Under the pieces are notes generated by a model, which saw nothing but the letters and a program-made list of their open reading frames with translations, did not search any database and was not told the DNA's origin. A DNA stretch of 64,000 nucleotides from positions 91,969 to 155,968 of the forward strand of contig JAAOMT010000088.1 in assembly GCA_016748015.1 (NCBI GenBank), read 5' to 3'. The first letter of the stretch is position 1; each line of letters starts with the position of its first letter. The position numbers and the translations under genes are program-made. Positions 13,300 to 26,287 of the stretch are shown here, piece after piece. This DNA comes from Geosiphon pyriformis uo1 (lineage: Eukaryota; Fungi; Glomeromycota).

Positions 13300-16200
13300 A
13301 TGAACCCCGCGTCTCCATTTTCCCGAGTAACTCCTTTGATATATAAAAAGCTGCTGAAATCGTTGTTCTTTCAACCTACCAGCTTATTTAATTATCCTCG
13401 TTACATAGCTCTTCAAAAGGTGCAAAATCATCAATATAGCAGTGGTGCTGCAGTGGACATTCCTGAAAAGGCGGATAATATACCCGCCGACGCATTAATT
13501 AGCAACACCGTCAAGGAAAAAATAAAGCCTGCGCTTACAAAATCAACAAAGGTTGACTGGAAACCAGAAGAACCCACTCATACTCCTGAGAGAGATTCTC
13601 TCAGTACAAAAAATGAAGCATCAGAGACTACTGTCGAGCAAGTTACTAGTCAACCACCACAAAATTTTGACACTCCTGCCGAAAACTTGCCGGGTTCTGA
13701 AAGAAAAAAGCCATCAATTGATAATGAAAATGCTTCGGATAAAAAATCTCCAGGTTCAGCAAAGAATACAAATAAAAGGGTTATCAAGCCAAAAACCCCT
13801 CGTAAAAAAATGAATACCAAAAAACCAGTTCTGATAGAAGATGAAAAACTACAAGAGTTATCATCTGGCTTACTTAGTGATTTGTGGTTGGAAAGAACCA
13901 AAATTGCGCGAAAAATGGCCATTAATCGCCCCCAACAGGCCGAACTTAGTTTTACGGCTATTGAAGCACTTCAGCCTACTGAAAAAAAATTATCGGAAGG
14001 ATCTGCAGTATACGGGCGCTTAATTACCGATTTATACACCGGCTTCAATGTGTATCAATTGAAGGAATATTTAAAAAAGAAAAACCATCGTGTTTCTAGC
14101 CTAAAAAAAGAGAAGCTGATTGAAGAAATCATTACGAAAGTATGGGAACTCGAAGATCCAAATATAAACATCGTTGAAAAAGAGTGTATGTGCTTAAAAG
14201 TCGGTGCTTGAACGCTTTCTTGCTGACCTAAACATCATAATTTTTTGCCAAGCATAGCGGTAAAATGCAGTGCCAAAGATTTATATTTCCTTATTGGTCC
14301 AGGTAAGTAGTCTGTTGAACATATGATTTTAAAAATAAGATATTAGATATTTGGCATGACTTTTTAATCAAATTTTCCGCTATAAAGAGGCAGAGACTTT
14401 ACATCAAATTGAGGAAGGGGCCAATGTACTGATACGTATTAATGTATCTTCACTTTCCTACACAATCAGTGGAAAAAGGGGAGAAATTGCAAAAGCCAAA
14501 AAGTTAATCGCACAACTGACGGTAAATTTGATTATTTTTAAGTTTTATTTTATTTTTCCACCCATCAACTAATTTATTTAATATAATTCTAGTCTCGTAA
14601 ATCTCAAGAATTGGATGTGCCTTCAGATATCAAAGTAGATGATCGTGCCATGTCGGAGATTCTACCCTACATACAAGAGATCTGTAAAAATTCAGGAGCT
14701 TATGTTCAGTTGAATCCACAGAACAAGGTCATTCTTATAAATATTCCTATGTGATTATCTTCCTTTCTCATTTTATTGCTAACATCATTCTGGACTGGTA
14801 AACCTAAAGTTGGTTATTTATGGTCGAACTGCAGACAGCATTGAATATACGATTCGACTGTTAAATATTGCTTGGGCTAAGGTGATAAATATCTTGCCCT
14901 GCCCCCTTTTTCAATTGTTTTATTAGATTTTCTAATATAATTTCTTTCCAGCCTGATCAAAATGAAAATCGATTGACCCTATGTCATAGCAAACCCCCTT
15001 CTATTCCAAATCATGGTGAACCCCCTTCTGTTCCAGATCACAGCGAGCTTCCTTCTATTGCAAATTACGGCTTTTTCCCTGTTCATGACGGCCAATCAAT
15101 GTCACTATTCTTAAGGCACTTGAATTGGTGGCGCCTCGGTAAAATTTCAGGACAGGTAATAATAATTGACAAACTGATTAATTTATATTCGTATTTTTCA
15201 TTCACCTCAATGAAAATTATTACAAGAATGTAGACAGCACACCGCCTCAAAAACCAATCCCATCTGATACAATTAATCTAATAACCATGAGTCAGAGGTA
15301 ATCTTAGTCATATTTTTTCATCATCTCTTAAAACGCTACCTATTATTAATCGAACCTTGTTTTAGTCTAAAACCAAGCGAGACTGCCTTGAAAGAAGAAT
15401 TGTCTAATGCAGATTTTATAAAGTTAGGCCAATTTCTTCAGAAGTATTTGGAAGAAGACAATAAAATCAATGATTCCAAAATAGAATTATACTCAGCGTA
15501 AGGATCTTGAGCATGGTCAATATTCCATGATATTATGGTAGTCTTTTTTATTACCTTTCCAGTGCCTTGACAACTCCGTTTTATATCAACTCAGATTTGG
15601 GAATATTTTATTCCACGAAAATTCCTCCACGCATCAAAATCTGTTTAGGCCGCCCAATATTCCACCCTATGAACAATTCTTTAGTCCAGAAGCTTTTAGT
15701 AAATGGGCAGCCGAAATTAACCCTACGGAATATTTTCTTTCAAGGTATTAAATTAAACATGGCTTGCTTTCAACCTTTTACTACCCTTTGATAACATATA
15801 AATGGTTCATTTGATAATTCAACCAATAGTTATCCTTACTTTAGACTTGTTGGATTGCTAGAGTCTATGGGACCTTCGAAAAAATATCTTGAACTTGAAT
15901 ATGTACCCTCGGATCAAGATCTCACCAACACATTAATTAGATGCCTTCGAATACGATTCGAAGTTAAGAATAAAGAATTGATTTTGAAAGATGTTGAAGC
16001 CTTCAAACGGCGCTTATTATTAGATTTACTCATGTTGAATATGTAAGAATTGATTATAACAATTTCTTACTGTAGCCAATTCCTATGATTCATGTTAACT
16101 TAATCTTCCTATTAAAGGCCCGTTGATATTCGTTTGGTAGCTGCTCGTAAAGAAATTTTATCACATTCAAAATTGCCAGATGGTTTTCAGGAGAGGTGCT

Positions 16201-16841
16201 CATATAACAGGTTAGTGAGAATGAGATTTTCTTAATGTGACTACTTTAACACTGATTTATTCGGATCCCGGGATTAAATTGAAATCACACACAATCACAA
16301 TTTTAATTGTTATTTTAAATATAGTTCTAACTTCAAAACTGTGGAATGTCCCCAAAAATTGATGATTCATGTTCACCAAGGGGAAATCATAAACCAAGAT
16401 GATGTGTGTACACTTCTGTTGAATCAGGTTACATTATTCAATTCGCAAAACTATCGATATGGGGATACAATTTTGATGGTCAGAAATACGCGTGAACCAG
16501 AAACTGGTGCCGTAAGGTTTGAAGCACGGTTGTGTTTTGATAAAACTAATACAGTATCTGCTAAAGATGTAGAAGTCTCGTCAACTTCAACTATAGATGA
16601 AAATACGAATGTGCCCCCCAAAATGGCAATTCAATTTGATCAGGTTTTTCCACCATTATTATCAGTTTCATCAAGGACTGATGATACTTTAGGTGGTCTA
16701 AATGAACCAAATTTGTCTTTGGATTATAGTACCAATATGCAAAAGAATTTTGCAAAGAAGTGGGAGATGTTTATCTCCCAATGCCTGGAAATATCATATA
16801 GAAGAGAATTTTACAATTTTAAAAAACCCCAAAATTCTTAA
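13300..16841 (+). CDS. Multi-exon mitochondrial protein, SLS1-like (mitochondrial inner-membrane/nucleoid KH-type RNA regulator)
   Basis: N-terminus resembles a mitochondrial presequence. LYTGFNVYQLKEYL..LKKEKLIEEIITKVW resembles the Sls1 N-terminal motif, and KDLYFLIGP.AETLHQIEEGANVLIRI..YTISGKRGEIAKAKKLI is KH-like. About 10-11 short GT-AG introns, CpG retained, last exon ends TAA at 16841. Confidence 0.6.
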
Positions 16842-16987
16842 TATAATTCTAATTAAAGGATTTTAGACAAGGCCTATAGGAAACATGATCTTTTGAAATT
16901 TCCCTGAGATCATTCTAATGATAGGAAGCATTTTCAGAAAGATCTCATTGACACATTGTAAATTAATCAACTGAAATCGAATGGAAT

Positions 16988-17818
16988 TTACAAGGTAACT
17001 GACATAATTTCTATTCGGGATTCCTCTAATAATTTTTCAAATGGTTCGAGATTCTCTCCTAGTGCAAAAAAAATTAGTCAATCGAAAATAAGCCGATGCA
17101 GCAATACTCTTCTAATGAGAGTACCTCGTGATTCGGCCATGGTTCGTCTGGTCAAAATTTGCTCCCGATCAAGTTCGATGGCCGCTAGCTGACATTTCTT
17201 TATGGTACCTTTGAGAAAGAAATAGGTTGGAAAACAAGCCAATTAATTTTGTAGATGTATTTAAGAATCAATGAATTTGATAATCTAACCTGACAAATGG
17301 ATTACTCGAAACAAACAAGACCGTCCGCGTACTTCATTGATGAAGCTCAATGCGCCCCAGACAATGTGATAATATTCACGTGAAACGCGGAGGATACCAT
17401 GATTCGTGAATGGTGAGAAATATTTCACTATATTAGAAGCGTAATTTATTTAGTCGTTAGATATATGACCTAGGAATATACTCCATGATCTTTTTATCAG
17501 TTATTCCGCACCACTCAACGAGCCAATAACCCATCCTATTCCGACATCACCGAAATTGTGGCAGACTGAATCACGAAGGGCATGATTTATTTCCCGTGTA
17601 GTCAGATAAGTCGAAGACGAAGAAAATTGTCTCGAAGTGATTATCGTGAAACCAGCATCATTTCCACTTGGGTCATTATCATTAAAATGATCAGTATCAA
17701 TTTTATCATTCTTCTTCCCACCACTGGTGCTACCTTTTTCGGGTTTGGGCAAAGGAAGAATTTTATCATCCTCAAAAATCACCTCGAAGAGTAGCCATCG
17801 ATTTTTCATGCGTACCAT
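16988..17818 (-). CDS. POP5: RNase P/MRP subunit Pop5, 4 exons
   Basis: MVRMKNRWLLFEVIF ... ALRDSVCHNFGDVG..SLS|VKYFSPFTNHGILRVSREYYHIVWGALSFI..FRVIHLSG|TIKKCQLAAIELDREQI matches the Rpp14/Pop5 family. Stop TAA at 16988-16990. Confidence 0.93.
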
Positions 17819-18404
17819 CGTGATTGGTTGGGTATTAGACTCTAATAATCTGCAAAATAGTTATAATGAAGAATAATTTATAGTGAAAATATCACCATTT
17901 ACCGTAAAGTCCCAAAATTTCCGACTACGATACAATTTCATAGTTACACATATTGAAAAGCTAAAGCCATCAAAATGGGTAGTACATACATATTGAAAAA
18001 ATCTTTTTTATATATTTTTATCTTCAAAGATTCTGTTTAAAATAAAGTTAAAGAATTATACTAGATACTTTTATTTCTCATTTAGTAAATTCACTTAAGA
18101 AAATTTTCAGTTTATATATTAAATCTTAATAATAAAATCTTTTTTTGTAAGATTTTTATTTTATTATTATAAATTTATATATTTTAAAATTAAATAAATA
18201 ATACTGTTTAAATTGCTATTATTTTTTTTTAATCTATTTGCATATTTAAAATTATTTATTTAATTTTTAAATATAAGCTTGTTAATTTACTTTTTTTTAT
18301 TATATTCAAAATTGTTAAGTTTTTTTAACATATAAAATTTAATTACTATCTAATATAATACAACAAATTATATATCTTAAATTAAATACAATATATATAT
18401 ATAT

Positions 18405-20690
18405 ATATTTTTATTAAAGTTTAATGAGTAAGGCCCAAAAGCTATCTAGAACAATATATTGAAGAATCAATCCAAACTAAATGCTAATTATGCATTTTCT
18501 ACATGTAACCAGCCACTTGAACCAGTCAAAGACACACTATGCTGATGCCACAGAAGAAAACTTATCCAAAGATGACATCTTTTGAATAACAAAAAACAAA
18601 GTTGTACTGTAAGAAACCAAACCAACTAGCCACTCAGCAGTTTTAAAGGGATCAGTTTTAATATCAACAGATTTATGCTCCCAAAGAAATATTAAGTTGG
18701 AAAACATCTCATTATTCATAACAAACAGAAGCTCTAAATCACCAGACATATCAATGTCCTCCATGCAACATTCTTTTTTTAAAGAAACCACTTCTCTTCC
18801 CAACTTATTAACAGTCCTACTAAAGGAACTCATATGTACCAAAACCTTATTGATCTTAAAACCAAGAGCACTACTTAAAACCAAATTACCATTGATAAAC
18901 TGTTCAAAAGTTGTAACCAAAGAGCCAATAGGCTTAACAATAGATTCAACCAAAGCAGAAAGCTTAGTTAAATCAGATTCCAAAGAAGACAGATGGAACA
19001 GCACCAAAAGATCATTAAAAACAGCTGGAAAAAAGACAAGAGGTAACAGAAATAGAAATTCAGAGAAGCTCAAGAGAGCAGAAGTCTTAATATAAGACTT
19101 AGGACCAACAAAGCAAGGTGTAAACATCTTGGGAAACTTGGGAGGAGGAGGTGGAGAAATCTTATAGTCCACAGCCAGATGGCCCAGCTCTTGACATTTG
19201 AAACAATGCTGACAATCAGAAGTTTCCTACCAAATACGATATTTCCTTAGTATACCAGTTTTAACAATAGCAGAGTCCAAATCAGCTTGGGAACCAAATA
19301 TAACCAGAGCAAACTGGAAACAACTACCAAACTCAAGAGAATAAGAGATAAAACAAGTTCGATCACCAACTTAAGAAATCATATTACTAATATTAAAAGC
19401 TGTATAGCCAGAAAAAAGGTTGATCAACTTGGTCTTAAACTTATCATGAAACAAAATAGTCTTATTTTGATTTACCAGAAGGAAAATTCTAATACTATTT
19501 TGTTTATTAAGACTGACCAATGATTTAAAGCAGACATAGCAGAGTCTAATTTCTCAAAATAAACTACCACATACTGTCAAATGCCAACAGGCTTCAGCAC
19601 AACACAAATAACACTACCAAACACACTAAGAGCCATCTTAATGTTAGCAGTAGACATATCCAAGAGCACATCATGCAGTGCAACAGTAGCAAAAGAAGAA
19701 TTAGACTCAAAAATCACCAAAGACTTGGCAATTTTAAGAGTGATCAAATGTACAGAGCTTGTAAGCTCAACCAAAAACACAGCTTTCAAAAACACTTGAG
19801 AAGCAAACTCTACACAAAACAGCTTCATATTGTCTTTTAACACTGATTTTGCATCCAAAAAACCATGTACTGACTGAAAAACAGTCTTAACATGAGCCAA
19901 TTTGATCTTAAAAGTAGCATCAGGCACTAAAGTGGAGGCCACCTACTCAGCAAACCTTTAACAACTAGTAATAGTTTCCCAAGCACCACCAGAAGTAACA
20001 CCAGAAACTAGAAAAGGAGATAATTCAGTTTTTATTTGATCAGTCCAGTTTTCAAGAACAGATGACCCAACAGGAGAAGATTGTTTTGTTTCTAAAACTG
20101 GTAATAATCTACTGGAAGACACCACATTGGGCAACACAGCCAGTAGTTAATCTAGGCCTATTTTGGATGACGTGTTGAATGATGCTATAGAGATCTCATT
20201 TAAGATTTCATTGGGAACCACAAAGAGGTTTGGTGTAACAATAGCAGAGACAAACAACTGCTCCCACTTTTCTAAACTTTTGGTCTTTTTGACCATTTTT
20301 TTCGAAGAAAAGATGTTAGTAGCACCAGATGTAAAAGCTATGGAGGGAAAGACCAGCTTGTTAATTGGTCTATTATTAAAAACTTTTGGGTTTTTAGTTG
20401 AGATGGAGGCAACACTGGGACTAACCCAAGTGTGTCTCTTTGAGAGAATTTTGACTGGTAAGAAACCAGCCAAAGATAAAGAAGTTGCTTCAGTGATTAC
20501 TAAAGACAGCTTATCACAATTACTAAGTAAAAGAAAAACTTCTAAAACGTTCTGCTTAGTTGCTTCTACAACAAAGAGAGCTCCTCTGGTTGAAATTTTA
20601 TTAGATATCTTAGGACAGATATTGGATGCAGCTTTTTTACTCTTTGCTCTGGTCATGGTCATAAAATTAAAAAGATAAAGAGTTTTTTAT
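18405..20690 (-). mobile_element. ORF1-only non-LTR element, copy 2 (full length, alternative C-terminus)
   Basis: Broken ORF 20662->18537 starting MTMTRAKSKK, highly similar to 24029ff over the N-terminal ~two thirds. LINE-type 3' tail at 18420-18537. Confidence 0.88.
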
Positions 20691-20949
20691 ATATTTTTTA
20701 CATATAATTAAACTTGTTTAAAAAAAATATCCTATATATATAAACAACTTATATTTAATTATTTTTATTATTTTTAATCTTATATTTTATTTTAAACTTA
20801 TTAATTTCTTTATACAACTTATTTATATATTTTTTAAAAATAACCATTTCTTTTTAAATTTAATATACAAAAAAAGCTTTAATTAATTTTATTATTAAAA
20901 AAAATAAGTTTAATAATAATAAATTTAACTTAATTAAATTAGGTTCCAA

Positions 20950-22520
20950 AAAAGTTAATTTAAAATCAATCACAACAATAATAACAATAGTAAAACAACC
21001 AAAAAAACAATAATAAAAGAAAACAAAAAAACAAAAATTTTAATATAAGATCTAATATTAACAAAATAAAACTTAAAAATTTTAGAATTAATTATAAATT
21101 TAAATAAAAACTTTAAATAAAAAATAAAAACACTTTGTAATTTAAAATTAAATATTTAAATTTTAATATTTAAAAGAATATTAATAACTAAAAATTTTAT
21201 ATTAAATATAATACTTTTTTAAGTATTAATTTTAATAATTGCAATATTTAAATTCTTTTAAAAATTAAGAATAATAATTACATATTTTAATTATTAAGCA
21301 AAAATAAAAAAAATAAAAAATAAAACAAATATAATTACAAATCAAAAAAACAAATTTACTAATTTTAAAAACAATATAATTAAAAAAATTTGATTAATTT
21401 GGTTTTAAATATATTATAAAAGATAATAATTTTTTTTTAATTTTTATATATTATTTAATAAACAAAATTTAAATACAGCTTAATATTATATATTAAACTA
21501 AATAATTTAAACTAAATATAAATTATGTGCTATTTACATATAACCAATTATTTAAGTTAGTTAAAACAATGCTATATTGAATTAAAAAAAGTCAAAAGTA
21601 AATTTAGTTTATTAATTCTTTTAATAATATTATTTAAATTTTGATTGTTAAAAATAAATTCACTAAAAAACAATTTAATATTCTTAATACTATTTTTGAT
21701 ATTAAAACTTAATATATATTATAAAACAATTATATATTTAATAATATTTTTATTCAAAAAAAATATCTTAGCAATTAGCATATTATTATAGTCTATATTG
21801 CTAAATTTTACTTTAAACTTAAAACATATAAAGTTTTTAGAAATACCAACCAAAAAATTAGCAAAGTTATTAGCAATACTTTTAATAAAAAGCAAATATT
21901 TTTTTATTTAGAGTTTTTTATATGTATTATTATTTAGAAGAATAATAATCAAAAAAACCAAAAAACTAATAGATTCTATAACAAATTTTATTAAAACAGT
22001 CAAACTTAAGATTTAAAATTCCAAAAAATCCAATTTAGACTTAATAATAAGATTAATAGCAAAAGCAATAAAAAAACCAAAAGAACAAAAATTATAATAT
22101 AAGTTTTATTATTAATAAAAAATAACACAAAAGACCTAAAATTAACAATAAATTTAACAAATAACTTAAAAAAAAAGATAATAATTTTTTATAATTAGCA
22201 AATAAATAATTTAAACTTTAATACTTATAGCAATAATAGCATCTAAAAGTTTTTTATCAGATACAATATTTGTGTAAAGTACTAATTTTTACAACAATTA
22301 AATTTAAAAATTTATAAGATTTAAAAATTATAATAATAAAGTATTAATAATAATAAAAATCAGAAAAATAAGAAATAAAACAAATATAATTACCAACTTA
22401 AAAAATCAAATTACTAATTTTAAAAACAGTATAGCTAAAGAAAAAATTGATTAATTTAGTCTTAAAAGTATTACAAAAAATAATAATTTCTTTTTAATTA
22501 AAAAAAATTTGAATACTGTT
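20950..22520 (-). mobile_element. Two extremely AT-decayed ghost copies of the ORF1-only element
   Basis: 21780-21890 is the reverse complement of the 4440-4540 segment with G/C lost. Tail remnant at ~21520-21575. The segment 21330-21480 is repeated at 22385-22520. Confidence 0.6.
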
Positions 22521-22549
22521 CTTTTTAATCAGTTTAAATTAATATTACA

Positions 22550-23480
22550 AGTAAATTTAATAAAATATTGTGATAATATTTGGTGCTTTGAATTTAAGTA
22601 AAAAAGCTGTGAAGTTTTTTTTAATTATACAAAAAGTATATTAGAATTTATTAATTTCTGAAGATTTCTGCTATATGTAAATTTGCTTATAAAGTTCTTT
22701 AATTATAAAGCACAAAGATATGTTTTTTGATAGTTTGTAATTGTAGATATAAGCTATCTTCTTCAAACTAATTAAGCACAATTGTTAGAATCTGGCATTG
22801 TTTTTTCACTTTTCTAATAAGCTAATAAGATAAAATTAATATTCAAATCTAGAAAAAGCTTTTTTTTTATCAGACTATTATGAAGTTTATTTCTAAACAG
22901 TTAATTTTTAATATTATTATTCCACAAAAAAAAAAGAATCAAGAAATAAAAAACAAGAAATAAAAAAAATAAAAGAGAAATTAGTATTATTAATCATCAT
23001 AATTAAGAACAATTAATCCAAGTTATTAAAGTTTTAAAACTGTTTATATTAATAGCATCTGGTTTAGAACAAAGATAAAAAAACAATTAATTTAATTTTA
23101 ATAACACAAAATCTAAAATTATATATAAATAGATTAAATAATATTTTTATTTAATAATAAATAGAAAAATATAGAAAAAATAAGATAAAAGTTAAAGCTA
23201 AAATATGTTTAAGAAAATAGGTTTTTGTTTTTTGTTTGTTTTTTTCTATTTGCTAAAATTATTTGTTTTTATACATATTTTTTAATTTTACAAGATTGTT
23301 TTTAATTATTTACTATTTCTGTTATTACTTTATTTTTTTATATTATAACTAATTATTCTATATTATAACTAATTATTTTATATTATTGTGTATTATTTTG
23401 TATTATTCTGAATTGTTATATATTATTTTGTATTATTTCATATTATTATATTTTTTTATATTATTATGTATTACATTTTT
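22550..23480 (-). repeat. Highly decayed LTR with 20-bp tandem array
   Basis: 22975-23035 resembles the reverse complement of LTR 39915-39975. ~20-bp tandem repeats at 23340-23470 occupy the U3-array position. Confidence 0.45.
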
Positions 23481-23994
23481 TTTAATAGTTTTAAATTGGT
23501 TTTTTTATTTAAATAACATTATTTTTTCTTTTTAGAATTAAGTTCTTGTAAAATTATATGTATTTGTAAAAATTGTTTTTTTAATATAATAATTTATTAT
23601 TGTGTTGAGTATTGCTTTTTGTAGATTTTTAAACTATAAATTTATTATTTATTTTATGTTGTTAACTATAATAGCCTTTAGTAAATTGTCTAATAATATG
23701 ACTAAACAGTATTTAAATATTAAATACAGTTAATATATTGTCTTATAATATAATATTAAGTTGTTTCTTTTAATAAATTTTTTCACTTGTTTAAGAGCTT
23801 TTTTGTTAAATATTTGTTTGTTAATATTTAAGTATAGTGTTTGTAAGTTTAAACTTTTGCCAATTTTAAAGAACTAATAGATTAGTAAAAGTTTTTTTCA
23901 AGCTTTAAAGATTTTTGGTATTTATTTACTTATGTTTAATTCTATAGTTAATTTATTTAAAATTTTTTTATTTTTTTAAATATATAAGACCACA

Positions 23995-26287
23995 AAAAAA
24001 AAGTTTCACTCTTTGTCTCTTTAATTTTATGACCATGACTAGAGCAAAGAATAAAAAGACTGCACCTGATATCTGTCCTAAAATATCTAATAAAATTTCA
24101 ACCAAAGGAGCTCTTTTTGTTGTAGAAGCAACTAGGCAAAACGTTTTAAAAGCCTTCCCCTTATCCAGTAATCATGAAAAGCTGTCTTTGGTAGCCACTG
24201 AATCAACTTCCTCATCTTTGGCTGGTTTTTTACCAGTCAAAGTTCCTTCAAAGAGACACACTTGGGTTAGTCCCAGTATTGCCTCCACCTTGACTAAGAG
24301 CCCAAAAGTTTTTAATAATAGACCAGTAAATAAGCTGGTCTTCCCCACTATAGACTCAACATCTGGTGCTTCTGGCACCACTTCTTCAAAAAAAATGGTC
24401 AAAAAGACCAAAAGTTCAGAAAAGTGGGGGCAGTCGCTTGCCTCTGCTATTGTTACACCAAACCCCTTTGTGGTTCCCAATGAGATCTTAGATGAGATTT
24501 CAGTAGTATTATTCAGCACGTCATCCAAGATAGGCCAAAATCAACCACTGACTGTGTTGCCAAATGTGGTGTTTTCCAGCAGATCATCGCCAGTTTTAGA
24601 AGCAAAAACAATTTCTTCCTGTTGGGTCACCTGTTCTTGGGAACTGGGCTGATCAAATGGAAACTGATTCATCTCCTTCTCTAGTTTCTGGCACTACTTT
24701 TGGTGGTGCTTGGGAAACTATTACTAGTCATCAAAGATTTGCTAAGAGTGGCCTTCACTCTGGTGCCTGGTGCTACTTTTAAGATCAAATTGGCTTAAGT
24801 TAAGACTGTTTTTCAGTCTGTGCATGGTTTCTTGGGTGCTAAATCTGTTTCAAAAGACAATGTAAAGCTTTTTTGTGTGGAGTTTGCTTCTTAACAGTCT
24901 TTGGAAGCTGCATTTTTGGTTGAGCTTACAAGCTCTGTTCATTTGGCCACTCTCAAAATTGCCAAGTCTTTGGTGGTTTCTGAATCTGGTTCCTCTTTTG
25001 CTGCTGTTGCACTGCATGATGTACCTTTAGGTGTGTCTGCTGCTAATATTAAGTTGGCTCTCAGTGTGTTTAGTAGTGTCACTCGTGTTGTGCTGAAGTC
25101 TGCTGGCATTTGGCAGTATGTGGTGATTTATTTTGGAAAGTTGGACTCTGCTGTGTTTGCCTTGAAGCATTGGTCAGTTTTGGTGGGCAAGGATAGTGTT
25201 AGAATTCTCCTTCTGGTAAATTAAAATGAGACTATTTTGTCTCGTGATAAGTTTAAGGCCAAATTGGTCAACCTTCCCCCTGGCTGTACTGCCTTTGAAA
25301 TCAGTGATATGATTTCTCAGATTGGTGGTCAAACATGTTTCATTCCTTGTTCTCCTGATTCTGGTTGTCATTCCCAGTTTGTTTTGGTTATATTTGACTC
25401 TCAAGGTGATTTGGATTCTGCTGTGGTCAAGACTGGTACTCTAAAGAAATGCTATATCTGGTGAGAAACTTTTGGCTGCTGGCACTGCTTTAGGTGTCAA
25501 GAAATGGGCCATCTGGCTGCGAATTGCAAGATTTCTCCACCTTCTACTCTCAAGGTTTCTAAGGTTTTCAAGTCTTGTTTTGTGGGTTCTGCTTCATATG
25601 CCAAGACTGCTGCTCCTTCTGGTCTTTCTGAGTTTTCTCCTTTAGTGGCTTCTTCAGCTGCTTCTGCTGCTGATCCTGCTGTTAGTTCCAGGTTGGATTC
25701 TTTGGAAAAACAAATTTCAGATTTGGCTGCTTTGGTTAAGTTTATTGTTAAGCCTGTTGGTTCTTTGGTTGCTTTGGTGTCTTGTCTTTTTGATGATAAT
25801 GCTGTTAAGACTGTTCAGGTCGAGAAAGATATCATTTCCATGAAGAATGCTGCTAACAATTTTTCTAATCTCATGGTTGGAGTTTCCAAGGACATTGCTT
25901 GTCTTAGATCTGAGGTTGACTTTGGTGATATGGATTATGATGGTGTTCTGGCTGCTAAGTCTTCTTTTTTAAGTGAGGACACTATTGAGTGTGTTATTGC
26001 TTTGTAGCGAATGTCTGGTGCTGAAACCAGAGGCAATATTGAGTCTACTAGATTGTTTCTTAGTGAGTTTATTTTTGATTCTAGGAATCTGAATGGTATC
26101 ATTGAAAGAATTCATGGGTTGGAGTTATTCTCACCTACTTTTGATTCAGCATAGTGAGTCCTTGATTGGGCCAAGTGTCTGATCACATGTAAAAAATACA
26201 TGATTTACGCCTATAATGTAATTTCTTCTGTGGTATTATAGTTTAGGTAGTATTTGGGTCTCGCTCGTTAAAATATAATAATAAAAA
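23995..26287 (+). mobile_element. ORF1-only non-LTR element, copy 3 (full length, with TSD and poly(A))
   Basis: 9-bp TSD AAGACCACA (23986-23994 and 26288-26296). A single ~700-codon broken ORF 24029-26154 has RRM-like segments, a CCHC knuckle and a coiled coil. ~130-nt LINE-type tail and A-rich end. No EN or RT sequence. Confidence 0.92.

Noticed and set aside
20163-20678. Antisense ORFs recurring in ORF1-like regions (also 24172-24528, 35735-36238, 18697-19095)
   Set aside because: Shadow frames of TE ORFs. Recurrence is explained by homology of the sense ORF, and there is no independent coding signal.
18402-20700. TSD for ORF1-only copy 2 (tatatattttt on both sides)
   Set aside because: Low-complexity AT sequence, so the match could be chance and was not used as evidence.
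26155-26287. 3' tail as tRNA-derived SINE or hammerhead/HDV ribozyme
   Set aside because: No A/B boxes and no CUGAnGA/GAAA core recognised by eye. An Infernal search is needed to exclude it formally.
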